Shown: piece after piece, positions 62,240 to 64,000 of the stretch
Layout: every line of letters starts with the position of its first letter
Numbering within the stretch: the stretch's first letter is position 1
Origin: Ylistrum balloti
Taxonomy: Eukaryota
Assembly: GCF_031769215.1 (NCBI RefSeq)
Contig: NW_026782212.1
Span: 806,001-870,000, forward strand
Length of the DNA stretch: 64,000 nt
Reading direction: 5' to 3'
The notes under the pieces: generated by a model
What the model was told of the DNA's origin: nothing
Databases searched by the model: none
Seen by the model: only the letters and a program-made list of their open reading frames with translations
Position numbers and translations under genes: made by a program

Positions 62240-64000
62240 GTCTACAGCCTGTCTCTGTCAGGGGAGTGGGTATAGTCTACACCCTGTCTCTGTCAGGGGA
62301 GTGGGTATAGTCTACACCCTGTCTCTGTCAGAGGAGTGGACATAGTCTACACACTGTCTCTGTCAGAGGAGTGAACATAGTCTACACCCTGTCTCTGTCA
62401 GGGGAGTGGGTATAGTCTGCACCCTGTCTCTGTCAGAGGAGTGGACATAGTCTACACTGTCTCTGCCAGAGGAGTGGACATAGTCTACTCACTGTCTCTG
62501 TCAGAGGAGTGGACATAGTCTACACACTGTCTCTGTCAGAGGAGTGGACATAGTCTACACCCTGTCTCTGTCAGAGGAGTGGGTATAGTCTACACCCTGT
62601 CTCTGTCAGAGGAGTGGACATAGTCTACACACTGTCTCTGTCAGAGGAGTGAACATAGTCTACACCCTGTCTCTGTCAGGGGAGTGGACATAGTCTACAC
62701 CCTGTCTCTGTCAGAGGAGTGGGTATAGTCTACACCCTGTCTCTGTCAGAGGAGTGGGTATAGTCTGCACCCTGTCTCTGTCAGAGGAGTGGACATAGTC
62801 TACACACTGTCTCTGTCAGAGGAGTGGACATAGTCTACACCCTGTCTCTGTCAGAGGAGTGGACATAGTCTACACACTGTCTCTGTCAGAGGAGTGGGCA
62901 TAGTCTACACACTGTCTCTGTCAGAGGAGTGGATATAGTCTACATCCTGTCTCTGTCAGAGGAGTGGGTATAGTCTACACCCTGTCTCTGTCAGGGGAGT
63001 GGACATAGTCTACACCCTGTCTCTGTCAGGGGAGTGGACATAGTCTACACCCTGTCTCTGTCAGGGGAGTGGGCATAGTCTACACCCTGTCTCTGTCAGG
63101 GGAGTGGACATAGTCTACACCCTGTCTCTGTCAGGGGAGTGGACATAGTCTACACCCTGTCTCTGTCAGGGGAGTGGACATAGTCTACACCCTGTCTCTG
63201 TCAGGGGAGTGGACATAGTCTACACCCTGTCTCTGTCAGGGGAGTGGACATAGTCTACACCCTGTCTCTGTCAGGGGAGTGGACATAGTCTACACCCTGT
63301 CTCTGTCAGAGGAGTGGGTATAGTCTACACCCTGTCTCTTACAGAGGAGTGGGTATAGTCTACACCCTGTCTCTGTCAGAGGAGTGGACATAGTCTACAC
63401 CCTGTCTCTGTCAGGGGAGTGGACATAGTCTACACCCTGTCTCTGTCAGGGGAGTGGACATAGTCTACACCTTGTCTCTGTCATGGGAGTGGACATAGTC
63501 TACACCCTGTCTCTGTCAGAAGAGTGGGTATAGTCTACACCCTGTCTCTGTCAGAGGAGTGGGTATAGTCTACATCCTGTCTCTGTCAGGGGAGTGGGTA
63601 TAGTCTACACCCTGTCTCTGTCAGGGGAGTGGGTATAGTCTACACCCTGTCTCTGTCAGAGGAGTGGGTATAGTCTACACCCTGTCTCTGTCAGGGGAGT
63701 GGGTATAGTCTACATCCTGTCTCTGTCAGGGGAGTGGGTATAGTCTACACCCTGTCTCTGTCAGAGGAGAGGGTATAGTCTACATCCTGTCTCTGTCAGG
63801 GGAGTTGGTATAGTCTACACCCTGTTTCTGTCAGGGGAGTGGGTATCGTCTACACCCTGTCTCTGTCAGGGGAGTGGGTATAGTCTACACACTGTCTCTG
63901 TGAGAGGAGTGGACATAGTCTACACACTGTCTCTGTCAGAGGAGTGGACATAGTCTACACACTGTCTCTGTCAGAGGAGTGGGTATAGTCTACACACTGT
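62240..64000. repeat. 35-bp satellite, about 50 copies, running off the window end (tctacaccctgtctctgtcagaggagtggacatag)
   Basis: Direct reading (62281, 62316, ...). Confidence 0.98.

Noticed and set aside
60974-64000. Regular 35-43 bp repeats as CRISPR arrays
   Set aside because: The units are head-to-tail with no unique spacers, there are no cas genes, and the context is eukaryotic.

Overview
AT-rich (roughly one third GC by eye) eukaryotic genomic DNA with GT-AG introns. The repeat content (Penelope-like RT relics, Helentron/HINE-type pieces, Tc1/mariner relics, many 27-60 bp minisatellites) looks like a lophotrochozoan invertebrate, probably a bivalve mollusc; that assignment is inference. 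Main contents: (1) a complete 10-exon SLC22 (Orct/OCTN/OAT-type) transporter gene on the minus strand (CDS 27944->13173, 1725 nt, 574 aa), which I assembled by hand with consistent splice phases; (2) a frameshifted SLC22 pseudogene head-to-head with it on the plus strand (about 33.7-38.3 kb); (3) an uninterrupted 462-aa ORF (46942-48330) with an N-terminal CARD-like death fold, a basic NLS-like linker and a helical TPR-like C-terminus, followed by a 39-bp repeat that resembles its own last codons; (4) a diverged tandem pair of about 308-bp units, each carrying a type I hammerhead ribozyme fold (4.27-4.79 kb); (5) Tc1, mariner, Penelope-like, SINE and HINE relics and two candidate solo LTRs; (6) at least eight tandem arrays, including a macrosatellite with a nested minisatellite inside SLC22 intron 8, and a duplication with an internal inversion at 53.4-54.9 kb. 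No CRISPR array, rRNA or intact tRNA was seen. All family assignments come from motif recognition by eye, not from database searches.
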